NCBI RefSeq assembly: GCF_000195855.1
Contig: NC_002677.1
Coordinates: 2,850,001 to 2,882,000, forward strand
DNA length: 32,000 nt
Source of the DNA: Mycobacterium leprae TN
Lineage (GTDB): Bacteria; Actinomycetota; Actinomycetes; Mycobacteriales; Mycobacteriaceae
Direction of reading: 5' to 3'
The notes under the pieces are model-generated. The model had not been told where the DNA came from. It made no database searches and was given only the letters and a program-made list of their open reading frames with translations. The translations under genes and the position numbers were made by a program. This document shows positions 11,602 to 20,651 of this stretch, in pieces (positions within the stretch are counted from its first letter, which is position 1; every line of letters starts with the position of its first letter).

Positions 11602-12474
11602 TCACCCGGCCGCCTCGATTCCAGCGAACAAATCGTGCTCCGGCAACCGAGTGGGGACTCGCGAGCGGGCCAATTCGAATTCCTCGGTCGGCCATAGCCG
11701 CTGCTGCCAGGATATTGGCGCTGCGAAAAATTCGGCTTTGGGGTCGATCTGGGTAGCATGCGCCCGCAAAGCGTCGTCGCGCTGGCTGAAATACGCCGAG
11801 CACTCGACCCGAGTCGTCACCCGGGACTCAAACGGGTCGTGCGCGGGGTTCGATTGCGCGAGCCACTTGTCGAATGGGCCGGCTTGACCATGCTTAGCAA
11901 ATTCATCGTGCAGCAACTGCATCCGAGCCCGCAGGAAGCCGTGGTTGTAGTACAGCTTGGACACCGTCCACGGCTTGCCGGCGTCCGGAAAACGCCGATA
12001 GTCGCAGGCAGCCTCGTAGGCATCAACCGAGACCTGGTGGCAGCGAATGTGATCGGGATGCGGGTAGCCGCCATTCTCATCGTAAGTGGTCAGCACGTGC
12101 GGACGAAACTTGCGAACCACCCGCACCAACGCCTCGGTGCACACCTCCAGCGGCACCAGCGCAAAGCAATCGTCGGGCAACGGGGGCGGCGGGTCACCCT
12201 TGGGTAAGCCGGAATCGATGAAGCCCAGCCAAGTGTGCTCCACGCCGAGGATCTCGGCTGCCTTCGCCATCTCGTCGCGGCGAATTTCGGCAATATGTCC
12301 ATGTACATCAGGCAGGTCCATTGCCGGGTTAAGAATTTCGCCACGTTCACCGCCTGTCAACGTCACCACCAGCACCCGATGGCCCTCGTCGGCGTAACGT
12401 GCGAGAGTGGCAGCGCCCTTGCTGGATTCGTCGTCAGGGTGAGCGTGTACCGCCATCAAGCGCAGTTCGCTCAC
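11602..12474 (-). CDS. mca: Mycothiol S-conjugate amidase (Rv1082 homologue)
   Basis: 290-codon ORF with a GTG start. It reads [45 protein letters not shown], the LmbE/PIG-L AHPDDE zinc motif, and later [10 protein letters not shown]. It is collinear with M. tuberculosis Mca as I recall it, and neighbours greA as in the Rv1080c-Rv1082 locus. Confidence 0.92.
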   Translation of the reverse strand: MSELRLMAVHAHPDDESSKGAATLARYADEGHRVLVVTLTGGERGEILNPAMDLPDVHGHIAEIRRDEMAKAAEILGVEHTWLGFIDSGLPKGDPPPPLPDDCFALVPLEVCTEALVRVVRKFRPHVLTTYDENGGYPHPDHIRCHQVSVDAYEAACDYRRFPDAGKPWTVSKLYYNHGFLRARMQLLHDEFAKHGQAGPFDKWLAQSNPAHDPFESRVTTRVECSAYFSQRDDALRAHATQIDPKAEFFAAPISWQQRLWPTEEFELARSRVPTRLPEHDLFAGIEAAG

Positions 12475-12578
12475 AGGCCCCCTTGTCCGTTCGCCGGTCG
12501 ACTCCTGAGCCTATATATAATTCCACTGCTAGATCATTGCATCCTGTTGGCCAGGGTACGGCATCCGACAAGCCACTC

Positions 12579-13013
12579 ATGAACCAAGCTTTCACCCCAC
12601 TTACTGAGACCCGGTACGGACGTTCCCGACTGCCCGGCAGATCACGGCACCGTGGCGTCATCGCGCTGACCGTGTTGGCTGTTGCTGCCAGCACTGGCAT
12701 CGCTGTCATCGGTTACCAACGGCTCGGCACCAGCGACGTTGCGGGCTCGCTCGCCAGCTACCGAGTTCTCGACGACGAGACGGTGTCGGTGACGATAAGC
12801 GTGATGCGCTCCGACCCGTCACGTCCGGTAGATTGCATTGTGCGAGTTCGTGCCAAAGACGGCAGCGAAACAGGTAGACGTGAAGTGTTGGTAGCACCAG
12901 CCGAGGCGACCACGGTTCAGGTAGTTACGACGGTGAAATCCGCCCGACCACCGGTGATGGCCGATATCTATGGCTGCGGAACCGATGTACCGGGCTACCT
13001 GCGCCCAGCCTGA
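12579..13013 (+). CDS. Conserved membrane protein (Rv1081c-like)
   Basis: ORF 12399..13013(+) trimmed to the in-frame ATG at 12579 (144 aa). It reads MNQAFTPLTETRYGRSRLPGRSRHRGVIALTVLAVAASTGIAVIGY, one TM helix followed by a soluble domain. The untrimmed ORF would overlap the mca start region. Confidence 0.7.
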   Translation: MNQAFTPLTETRYGRSRLPGRSRHRGVIALTVLAVAASTGIAVIGYQRLGTSDVAGSLASYRVLDDETVSVTISVMRSDPSRPVDCIVRVRAKDGSETGRREVLVAPAEATTVQVVTTVKSARPPVMADIYGCGTDVPGYLRPA

Positions 13014-13069
13014 CTAAACGACAAATGCTAACGGGCGACGTCACCAGCTGTTTTCGCGGTGGTAGCATG

Positions 13070-13107
13070 AGTCAATACACGGTTCCTGCTGGGACCGTGT
13101 ATTGACT
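13070..13107. terminator. Perfect 14-bp-stem hairpin between the Rv1081c-like gene and greA (terminator or operator candidate)
   Basis: agtcaatacacggt (13070-13083), a 10-nt loop tcctgctggg, then accgtgtattgact (13094-13107), the exact reverse complement. It lies 56 nt after the upstream stop. There is no T-tract. Confidence 0.35.
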
Positions 13108-13236
13108 GCTGCATTGGTAGCCATGAGCGAAACGGAACAGCAGCTACACGGGGTGACCCGGATACGCCCCCTGGGCAGCGGGGAATCAAATACTTACGCG
13201 GATAAGCGAAGCCGAGAACACAAGGAGCACGACGAA

Positions 13237-13731
13237 ATGACGGATACTCAGGTGACCTGGTTGACCCAGGAGTCACATGACCGACTAAAGGCCGAACTCG
13301 ACCAGTTGATCGCAAATCGTCCGGTCATCGCCGCGGAAATCAACGACCGCCGCGAGGAGGGTGACCTGCGCGAGAACGGCGGATATCACGCCGCCCGCGA
13401 GGAACAGGGCCAGCAGGAAGCCCGCATCCGCCAGCTGCAAGATCTACTCAACATCGCGAAGGTCGGTGAAGCGCCCAAGCAGTCCGGCGTGGCGCTGCCC
13501 GGTTCGGTGGTCAAGGTCTACTACAACGACGACAAGTCCGACACCGAGACATTCCTCATAGCCACTCGCCAGGAGGGCGTCAACGAGGGCAAGCTCGAGG
13601 TTTACTCGCCAAATTCACCACTGGGGGGCGCCCTGATCGACGCCAAGGTGGGTGAGACTCGCAGCTACACCGTACCCAATGGCAACACCGTTCAAGTCAC
13701 GTTGATCAGCGCTGAGCCTTACCACTCATAA
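13237..13731 (+). CDS. greA: Transcription elongation factor GreA
   Basis: ORF 13102..13731 trimmed to the ATG at 13237 (164 aa), preceded by aaggag at 13222-13227, which ends 9 nt before the ATG. It reads [68 protein letters not shown], the GreA coiled-coil signature. Confidence 0.93.
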   Translation: MTDTQVTWLTQESHDRLKAELDQLIANRPVIAAEINDRREEGDLRENGGYHAAREEQGQQEARIRQLQDLLNIAKVGEAPKQSGVALPGSVVKVYYNDDKSDTETFLIATRQEGVNEGKLEVYSPNSPLGGALIDAKVGETRSYTVPNGNTVQVTLISAEPYHS

Positions 13732-13741
13732 TTATCGCAAG

Positions 13742-13783
13742 TGTGAATCCCGCGACGGCCGGCGTCGCGTCATCAGATTCACA
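13742..13783. terminator. Nested hairpin between convergent greA and metB (bidirectional terminator candidate)
   Basis: Outer arms tgtgaatc (13742-13749) and gattcaca (13776-13783). Inner GC stem cgcgacg (13751-13757) and cgtcgcg (13763-13769). It sits between the greA stop at 13731 and the metB stop at 13794. Confidence 0.45.
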
Positions 13784-13793
13784 GTCGGCGCAG

Positions 13794-14960
13794 TTAGTTT
13801 AACGCCTGCTTGAGGTCGCACAGCAGGTCGCCGACGTCTTCAATACCGACCGAAAGCCGCACCAGGTCGTCGGGTACTTCCAATTGCGACCCGGTTGTCG
13901 ACGCGTGCGTCATGGCACTGGGCTGCTCAATCAGCGACTCCACTCCACCCAAGGATTCAGCCAAGGTAAACACCTTGGTGCGGGCACACAGATCCTGGGC
14001 GGCTAGTCGGCCGGCTCGCATCCGCAACGAAACCATGCCGCCGAAGCCGCGCATCTGCCGTGCAGCGACCTCATGCCCGGGATGGCTGGGCAAGCCCGGA
14101 TACAGCACGGCGCTCACCGACGGATGCCCAGCCAGGAATTCCGCTACAGTAATGGCATTTTCGTTGTGCCGCTGCATCCGCAGCACTAAAGTCTTCAATC
14201 CGCGCATCGTTAGGTACGCGTCGAACGGGCTCGGCACCGCACCGGCTCCGTTCTGCAAGAAGCCGAAAGCCTGGTCCAGCTCTTCGTCGTTGGTGACTAG
14301 CGCGCCGCCCACCACATCAGAGTGGCCGCCGATGTACTTTGTGGTCGAGTGCAACACGACGTCTGCCCCCAGCATCAGCGGCTGTTGCAGCGCGGGTGAA
14401 GCAAAGGTGTTGTCCACCAACACCTTTACTGAGTGCTTTTTGCCTAGTTCGCCGATGCTGGTGATATCTGCGATGGACAGCAGCGGATTGGTCGGTGTTT
14501 CCACCCATATCAGCCGGGTCCGTGATGTGATCGCGGCGCGGACCGCGTCCAAATCAGACAGCGGTACCGGCGTGTAGTCAACGTTCCATTGAGTAAAGAC
14601 CTTGTCTATCAGCCGGAAGGTGCCGCCGTAGACGTCATCCGGGATGATCACGTGGTCCCCCGGCCGCAGCATGACCCGCAAGGCACAGTCGCTAGCAGCC
14701 ATTCCGGAACTGAAGGCTCGCGCAAAAACGCCCTCTTCGACCGTGGCCAAGGATGCCTCTAAAGCGGCGCGCATGGGGTTGCCGGTACGCGCGTATTCGA
14801 ATCCGCCACGCAACTCACCGACGCCATCTTGGGCAAAAGTACTACTGGCATAAATCGGGACATTCACTGCCCCTGTTGCCGGATCCGGACGATAGCCAGC
14901 ATGGATGGCTTTGGTGGCTAGTCCGGTAATGCCGTGGTGTCCCCGGTAATCTTCGCTCAT
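13794..14960 (-). CDS. metB: Cystathionine gamma-synthase, PLP-dependent (Rv1079 homologue)
   Basis: 388-aa ORF. It shows Cys/Met-metabolism PLP enzyme motifs (YARTGNPMRAALE, VLHSTTKYIGGHSDVVGG with the PLP lysine, RLSVGIEDVGDLLCDL). Confidence 0.95.
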   Translation of the reverse strand: MSEDYRGHHGITGLATKAIHAGYRPDPATGAVNVPIYASSTFAQDGVGELRGGFEYARTGNPMRAALEASLATVEEGVFARAFSSGMAASDCALRVMLRPGDHVIIPDDVYGGTFRLIDKVFTQWNVDYTPVPLSDLDAVRAAITSRTRLIWVETPTNPLLSIADITSIGELGKKHSVKVLVDNTFASPALQQPLMLGADVVLHSTTKYIGGHSDVVGGALVTNDEELDQAFGFLQNGAGAVPSPFDAYLTMRGLKTLVLRMQRHNENAITVAEFLAGHPSVSAVLYPGLPSHPGHEVAARQMRGFGGMVSLRMRAGRLAAQDLCARTKVFTLAESLGGVESLIEQPSAMTHASTTGSQLEVPDDLVRLSVGIEDVGDLLCDLKQALN

Positions 14961-15039
14961 CGACGATTAGCCTAAGAGATGGCCGCTGCGGTCAGCGGTT
15001 GGGGGGCCGCCGACTAGCCTGCCAAGTCGTGGCACTGTG

Positions 15040-15789
15040 TCAGATCGGCAGACACACCGTCGTCATGATCTTGTCCGCCAGGGTTTGCCGTTTGGAGTCC
15101 CACAGCGGGAACAAGAACCCGATGCAACAGATGACCGCATCGACGAAGTGCGCGAGCTGGCGCACCACCGACATACCGAAACCGATTGGCTGCCCAGTAG
15201 CCTCGCTGATCACCTTGAACTTCATTACCGTCTTGCCAATGCTGGAGCCGGTGGCGCCCTGGCGATAGCCGTAGTTCCAGACCAGGTAGGCCGTCGCCAT
15301 CAACCATGCGAACCAGAACGCCAACATGCCGATGCCGGTAGGCTGAGTAGCACAGTACTGATTAACATTGTACTGCGTGATATCAGTGACGCACGCCTCT
15401 TGCTTCGTGAGCGTCTGAATCAACATGCCAATGCCGAGCAGGACCGTGGCTGGGATGTTGTCGATGACATAAGCCAGCACCCGGGTGACCCAGAATGTGT
15501 AGGCCTCCTTAGGCAGTGAGCGGATCGCCGGTCCAGGTGGAGGCGGCGCGTACGCGCCGGTGGAAGGCGGAGGTGGCGGGTAAGAACCGCCGGGCGGCGG
15601 AGGTGGCGGGTAAGAACCGCCGGGCGGCGGAGGTGGCGGGTAAGAACCACCGACGGGTGGCGCAGTAGGCGGCGGGTAGGCAGAGCCCAGCTCAGACGGG
15701 GCAAACGAAGGCTCATACCCACCGGATGACCCGGGCGGGGGCGGAGCAGGTGTCGGGTTAGACCCGCTCGGCGGCGGTTGATCGGTCAT
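15040..15789 (-). CDS. pra: Proline-rich antigen: N-terminal Pro-rich repeats plus a C-terminal RDD-type membrane domain (Rv1078 homologue; the 36-kDa proline-rich antigen of M. leprae as I recall it)
   Basis: 249-aa ORF. It begins MTDQPPPSGSNPTPAPPPPGSSGGYEPS and contains three GGSYPPPPPP repeats, followed by hydrophobic segments (VLAYVIDNIPATVLLGIGMLI, MLAFWFAWLMATAYLVWNYGYRQG). A ggaagg SD lies upstream of the ATG. Confidence 0.93.
   Translation of the reverse strand: MTDQPPPSGSNPTPAPPPPGSSGGYEPSFAPSELGSAYPPPTAPPVGGSYPPPPPPGGSYPPPPPPGGSYPPPPPSTGAYAPPPPGPAIRSLPKEAYTFWVTRVLAYVIDNIPATVLLGIGMLIQTLTKQEACVTDITQYNVNQYCATQPTGIGMLAFWFAWLMATAYLVWNYGYRQGATGSSIGKTVMKFKVISEATGQPIGFGMSVVRQLAHFVDAVICCIGFLFPLWDSKRQTLADKIMTTVCLPI
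15566..15655. repeat. 30-bp tandem repeat x3 inside pra (encodes the GGSYPPPPPP units)
   Basis: ggcggaggtggcgggtaagaaccgccgggc occurs at 15566-15595 and identically at 15596-15625. The third unit, 15626-15655, has three substitutions near its end. Confidence 0.9.
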
Positions 15790-15938
15790 GGGTAACCTTC
15801 CACTGCGGAGGAGCTGAACTAGGCCGCATTACCCTACCTGAGAACAAATTCGCGTAGCGAACGGGCACGGGTTTCGGCGTATCGAGTCGTCGCCGTGTTT
15901 GGTTTGTAGCCGAACTAACTTGCGGCTCGATCATCCCG

Positions 15939-17333
15939 CTAACGTAGCGGTGCGCCCTCCGAGAGGAAACCCAACAAGTCGTATCGCGTTATGACCCCGA
16001 CCAGTTTGCCTTTCTCCACCACCATCAGCGCATCGGAGTCGCGCAGCGCCTCACCGGCCACACTAACCAACTCACCGTCGCCGATTAGTCGTAGTGGCGG
16101 GCCCATGTGCTCCGAGACGGCGTCGGCCAAGCTGGCACGACCTTCAAACACGGCCGAAAGTAGTTCCCGTTCGGAGACGCTGCCGACAACCTCGCCCGCC
16201 ATCACCGGAGGCTCGGCGCCGACAACCGGGATCTGGGATACCGCGTACTCACGCAGAATGCCAATGGCATCGCGCACCGTCTCCGACGGATGGGTGTGCA
16301 CCAAGTCGGGCAACGCGCCCGATTTCCGACGCAACACATCACCCACTATGGGCTGCTCGGTAGACCCGTCCAGACGGCTACGCAGGAACCCATACGACGA
16401 CATCCAGGCGTCATTGAAGATCTTGGACATGTAGCCACGGCCGCCGTCCGGCAGCAAGACCACGACCAGCGCGGCCGGCCCGGCTTCTTCGGCCACTTGC
16501 AGAGCAGCCACGACCGCCATGCCACACGACCCGCCGACCAGCATCGCTTCTTCGCGGGCCAACCGCCTGGTCATATTGAACGAGTCGGAGTCAGACACCG
16601 CGATGATCTGATCGGGCACCATCGGGTCGTACGCCGCCGGCCAGAAGTCCTCGCCCACCCCCTCGACCAGATATGGCCGTCCGGTACCGCCCGAATACAC
16701 TGACCCTTCCGGATCGGCACCGATGATACGTACCAATCCGCCGGACACCTCCTTGAGGTAGCGGCCCACGCCGGTGATTGTCCCACCGGTACCGATGCCA
16801 GCGACGAAATGGGTTACCCTACCGTCGGTGTCGGCCCAAATCTCCGGGCCAGTGGTCTCGTAATGGCTGGCCGGTCCTGCTGGGTTGGCGTACTGGTCTG
16901 GTTTCCAGGCACCGTCGATCTTGGCGACCAACCGGTCGGAAACGCTGTAGTAGCTGTCCGGATCGTCGGGCGGCACGGCCGTCGGACATACGACTACCTC
17001 GGCTCCGTAGGCCAACAGCACATTCCGTTTGTCCTCGCTAACTTTGTCGGGGCAGACGAACACACACTTATACCCGCGATGCTGGGCGACTAAAGCCAGA
17101 CCAACACCGGTATTACCCGACGTAGGTTCGACAATGGTGCCGCCCGGCTTCAGCTGACCGCTGGCCTCTGCCGCATCGATCATTTTAGCCGCGATCCGGT
17201 CCTTGGAGCTGCCCCCGGAGTTGAAATATTCGACCTTTGCCGCTACGACCCCGGTACCGGCCGGGACGACAGAATTCAGGCGGACCAGTGGCGTGCCGCC
17301 GATGAGGTCACTGATGTGCTGCGCAATCCGCAT
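15939..17333 (-). CDS. cbs: Cystathionine beta-synthase with a C-terminal CBS-domain pair (Rv1077 homologue)
   Basis: 464-aa ORF. It has the PLP fold-II signature (MRIAQHISDLIGGTPLVRLN..., GGSSKDRIA, EPTSGNTGVGLA, GIGTGGTITG) followed by tandem CBS domains (...VGVITRYDLLGFL). Confidence 0.95.
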   Translation of the reverse strand: MRIAQHISDLIGGTPLVRLNSVVPAGTGVVAAKVEYFNSGGSSKDRIAAKMIDAAEASGQLKPGGTIVEPTSGNTGVGLALVAQHRGYKCVFVCPDKVSEDKRNVLLAYGAEVVVCPTAVPPDDPDSYYSVSDRLVAKIDGAWKPDQYANPAGPASHYETTGPEIWADTDGRVTHFVAGIGTGGTITGVGRYLKEVSGGLVRIIGADPEGSVYSGGTGRPYLVEGVGEDFWPAAYDPMVPDQIIAVSDSDSFNMTRRLAREEAMLVGGSCGMAVVAALQVAEEAGPAALVVVLLPDGGRGYMSKIFNDAWMSSYGFLRSRLDGSTEQPIVGDVLRRKSGALPDLVHTHPSETVRDAIGILREYAVSQIPVVGAEPPVMAGEVVGSVSERELLSAVFEGRASLADAVSEHMGPPLRLIGDGELVSVAGEALRDSDALMVVEKGKLVGVITRYDLLGFLSEGAPLR

Positions 17334-17397
17334 GTGTTCATAATCTCAGGCGAATTCTTGCCACCCACAACCACTCGGGTGATGGCGAACCACCCCG

Positions 17398-18340
17398 ATC
17401 CGCTATCCGGTGGCCTCGAGGATGTACTCGCCAATCTGGCGCAGCGAACGGACCACCTCTGGCACCAGCGGCGCGGCCAGCTGAAAATTTTGGACCTGGT
17501 CAGGCCAGACCCGTATCTACAAGCCGGCACACCAACCGGCAGCCAGCCGGCTGGCGGCCAACTGCGCGTCGTGCAGCAGCCCCTCAGATCCAGAAACGTG
17601 AATAAATGTCCGTGTCAGGCCGGGATTTGATTGTGTGCCAGGGGCTCACATCGATCTAGATCTCTTCGCCCAGCCGTCCTTCGGCGCGCATAACACTAGC
17701 ATACCAATGCGACAAGCGCGTTGAATGCCCTTTCCGGGAACATTGCGTCGCTCTAAGCATGTAATACGTACTTGTTGGGGTGCGCCTGCTTGCATTCTTT
17801 TGCTAGCTGCAAAAATGGCGAGATGACCACAAGCGCTGCTGGCTCTTCGCCTTCCTCCTGCAACCGCTGCACGCAGACGAGCGCAAGATATCCACCAGTG
17901 GAATCCCCAGCCAAACACAATCGTCCCGGGTTGTATCCGCGCAACCACAACCACCGGTAAATGTCGTAACAGTCCTCGAGGGCCATACCGATCGAGTGCT
18001 TAGGTAATAGCCGATAGTTGACCACAAGAAACGCCGAGTCAGCAAAGTTTGACAGCGTCTGGACGAGCTTGCCATCCGATTTTGCTCCATCGGCTAAGAA
18101 CGCACCGCGATGCAAGTAGACAATAACCCGCCGTGTGCCGTCCACGGCTATAACTCCAGGCGCTCGCACCAACTGAGCTGACATTGGGTAAGACTCACCT
18201 GCGCCCGAATGGTCACAAACCTAGGGAGTGGAACACGGTACGTCACATCGATGAGGCCCCACGGCCACGGCACGCTAGAAATAGTAGCTAAGCCGACCAG
18301 CCAAAACTGGCCGGATCCGTCAGTAGCGACACCAACGCGG
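17398..18340 (-). pseudogene. lipU: Hormone-sensitive-lipase-family esterase pseudogene (Rv1076/lipU-like)
   Basis: ORF 17753..18184(-) reads VIVYLHRGAFLADGA, where the family has HGGAF, then GDSTGGYLALV, and ends in a stop after ...NKYVLHA. The C-terminal homology (IHVSGSEGLLHDAQLAASRLAA ... VWPDQVQNFQLAAPLVPEVVRSLRQIGEYILEAT) continues only in other frames, with a further stop. Confidence 0.6.
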
Positions 18341-19669
18341 CAACTCGCGCAGTGACGTTGAGGCCGAAGGAGGAACCGTCGCTGATCGCGAGTCTGCGGG
18401 CCTCAACTGTACGTGTCTGGAATACCTCATACTGGCGGAAGCATCGCGAGGTGAGCCAGATACCTTGCTGCGTGCGGTCATGTCGACACTTCACTAGACA
18501 GTTGTAGTTATGTGACGAGACGACCTAAGCATCTGGTTCAAACCACTCACCGGGGCGTTCAACCAACCTCTCGTACTTAGCTTACCAGCTGTTTCTGAGC
18601 AAAAGTTTGGAAGAGTCTGATTCGATACCGTAATTGATCCGCAATGTACATCGTATTATTTTCAGCCGCTCATACAAACGTCATCATGGCCTTCTTACAC
18701 TTTAGTTTTAGTGGCGTGGCCGTATAGAGCGCCGCGCGGCGGCCGATGATCGTTTTGGCCTCGGTGGGTGCACTAGCCTGTGGCAGGAACGGCCTGTCTG
18801 GCCGCACGTAATCTGTTGGCTAGCCAAGCCACACACGCGCGCACCGTCATCCCCAAAACCTAGAATATCCCGCCATGCAACCCAGTAGCGAGCCCATGCA
18901 GCGATGTTGGCGCGGCGTGCATGCCCAACTCTGTATTTGATTGATTTTGATCACTTCACGGCAACCGTGTACGGCTGTGGCAGCGCCGATGAGGTGCCCC
19001 GGGCGTGCTCATCGCATGCGGATTAGCAGAGCAAACTGGTAAGCACATCCGGCTGAGCACCAAAACCATTGTCGGCACCACCTTAAAAGACGTGGGCGGC
19101 CAAATCGATGTGATGTTAATAACTAGACTGCCACCAGACGCAGCAGTGATGCTAGTCTGTGCCAGGGTTAGCTGGGCTTGACAGTGCACAGATTGCATGC
19201 CCGGAGCGCGATCGCGATGGTGGTCGTTGGGACCTGCTGGGATCTGGGGGCCATCTCCGCCATTCCGCAGTTACTGCGCTGGCTGGAAAGCACTCGCGGG
19301 CTGCGGATGTCCGAACAGCCTGCGGTGTGCCGGGTAACCGGTGGCGCATCTGTCGGCGCCCCAATCATAGAGGCCACGCCCGAGAAGATGCGCTCCGTCG
19401 ACGGTTATACCCCCCTCGGCGACGACATATGCGCGGAGATCGACCAGCTGGTGCGGGTACTGCACGAAAAATCAGCCCCCTCCCCCGTAAACACACGCAG
19501 CTAAACGTCATGTCACTGCCGCGGCGCCGCGGCCGGCACCCTTGCAGCCCGGGCCCGTCCGGACTAGAGGACAACGACTAGACTGAACTACGTCTTCTTA
19601 TTGCTCGTCGCCGGTAGTCGACCCCACCTGTCTATGATCCCTACCACATAATAATAGAGGATTCGCCTA

Positions 19670-20580
19670 CGCCGGCACTGGAAGCTGTTATCGTTGCAAC
19701 GGCCCATTCACCGATCAGCCGCGCTATGAAGGGGGTCGCCGGTTAGTATGCAAACCGACGACGTGGCTGTTCACGCCACCCTCAACACAGTGCCGACCGC
19801 TGAAGTCGCACGAGATCGACGACCTCATCTTGGAATCTTAGATGTGGCCTGCCAGGCGGTAAGTTCGGTGACATAGCCCGCGTGCCCGCGTGGTGGCCGT
19901 CGAACTCCACCTATAAGAATTCTACTACTTAACCCCATGATCAACCTCTACTGCTCGTCGGCGCTGTGAACCACCAGGATAGTTTTCTCACGCGGCTGGT
20001 GAGGGCCAAACACGTTCATCGACTTGTGCGTCCCGACTACGTTCAGTTGGCGATGGATTTTAGTGTAGCCTTGGAATGGGTCAACACACCATCATCTTTA
20101 TTGTCCCTTTGCAGCAAGCCGGCAAGGCTGGCACCAGAAATGGATAAAAGCGTATCAACTGTTGGCACCGGGATCGCACGCTGCGGCGATCAGCTACCGT
20201 GCCACCCTAGAGGTCGGGTGCGCCGCAGGTGTTTGGGGACAGTGACACACACGGCAAAAAATCATTCTGCTTGCTGCAACGAGTCGGCATGTCAGCAAGC
20301 GACATCGATCTGGACGAGATCAACCAAAGCCTTCGCACTGAATATCCTGAGCCTAGCTACGCTAGCAGGGAATCGACGAAGTCAAGCTGAACGTGTTGGG
20401 CGGAGCGATAGCGCTAGGTCACCCGTTGGCATGACCGGTGCGACGTATCGTTACCACGCTGCTGAGCAACTTGACCAACTACAACAAGGCATTTTGGTCT
20501 AGAAAATCATGTGCGTCGACGTCGAGCAGGGCATGGCGATGGTAATCGAGCTTGCTCAGTTAGAGCAGCCCGCGGGGTAA
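19670..20580 (+). pseudogene. fadA3: Acetyl-CoA acetyltransferase (thiolase) pseudogene (Rv1074c/fadA3-like)
   Basis: The N-terminal fragment EAVIVATAHSPISRAMKGVAG starts at 19681. The C-terminal fragments GGAIALGHPLGMTGA and, after a stop, IMCVDVEQGMAMVIE (20506-20550) lie in a different frame. The span is about 0.9 kb against roughly 1.2 kb expected, implying internal deletion. Confidence 0.65.
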
Positions 20581-20588
20581 CGCAACAC

Positions 20589-20636
20589 AAGACACAAGAG
20601 CTGACATACCAGGTGGCGTGCCGGCTCTTGTGTCTT
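20589..20636. terminator. 13-bp perfect-stem hairpin downstream of the Rv1072-like gene (convergent with the fadA3 pseudogene)
   Basis: aagacacaagagc (20589-20601) and gctcttgtgtctt (20624-20636), with a 22-nt loop. It begins 16 nt past the stop at 20652 on the minus strand. Confidence 0.45.
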
Positions 20637-20651
20637 AATAGGTGAGGTGAG

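Noticed and set aside
11602-12474. Calling this LmbE-family ORF MshB (GlcNAc-Ins deacetylase)
   Set aside because: The sequence matches my recollection of Mca ([33 protein letters not shown]...). Its neighbourhood (greA, metB, cbs) is that of Rv1082 rather than Rv1170. The paralogue distinction should still be confirmed by alignment.
12399-13236. Long N-terminal extensions offered by the ORF track (12399 for the Rv1081c-like gene, 13102 for greA; likewise 995 for the Rv0455c-like gene and 22816 for echA8)
   Set aside because: The extensions are Arg/Pro-rich or overlap neighbouring genes or promoter regions. Internal ATG starts give the protein lengths and N-termini I recall for the M. tuberculosis orthologues, and greA's internal start has an aaggag SD.
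13810-14577. 255-aa ORF on the plus strand inside metB
   Set aside because: It is antisense to a well-supported PLP enzyme gene. Its Ser/Arg/Pro-rich low-complexity translation marks it as a shadow ORF.
15566-15655. Regular 30-bp repeats as a CRISPR-like array
   Set aside because: The units are directly adjacent with no spacers, lie entirely within the pra reading frame and encode the protein's GGSYPPPPPP repeats.
15037-15722. ORFs 15037..15519(+) and 15420..15722(-) overlapping pra
   Set aside because: These are alternative-frame or antisense readings of the proline-rich antigen gene. The pra frame has the recognisable repeat-plus-membrane-domain architecture.
18340-19660. Possible SGNH/GDSL-lipase pseudogene (position of Rv1075c) on the plus strand
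   Set aside because: Only vague similarity is visible (for example IAMVVVGTCWDLG, GDDICAEIDQLV in ORF 19178..19504). The region is stop-riddled in all frames and no catalytic motif could be identified. It is left as unassigned decayed DNA.
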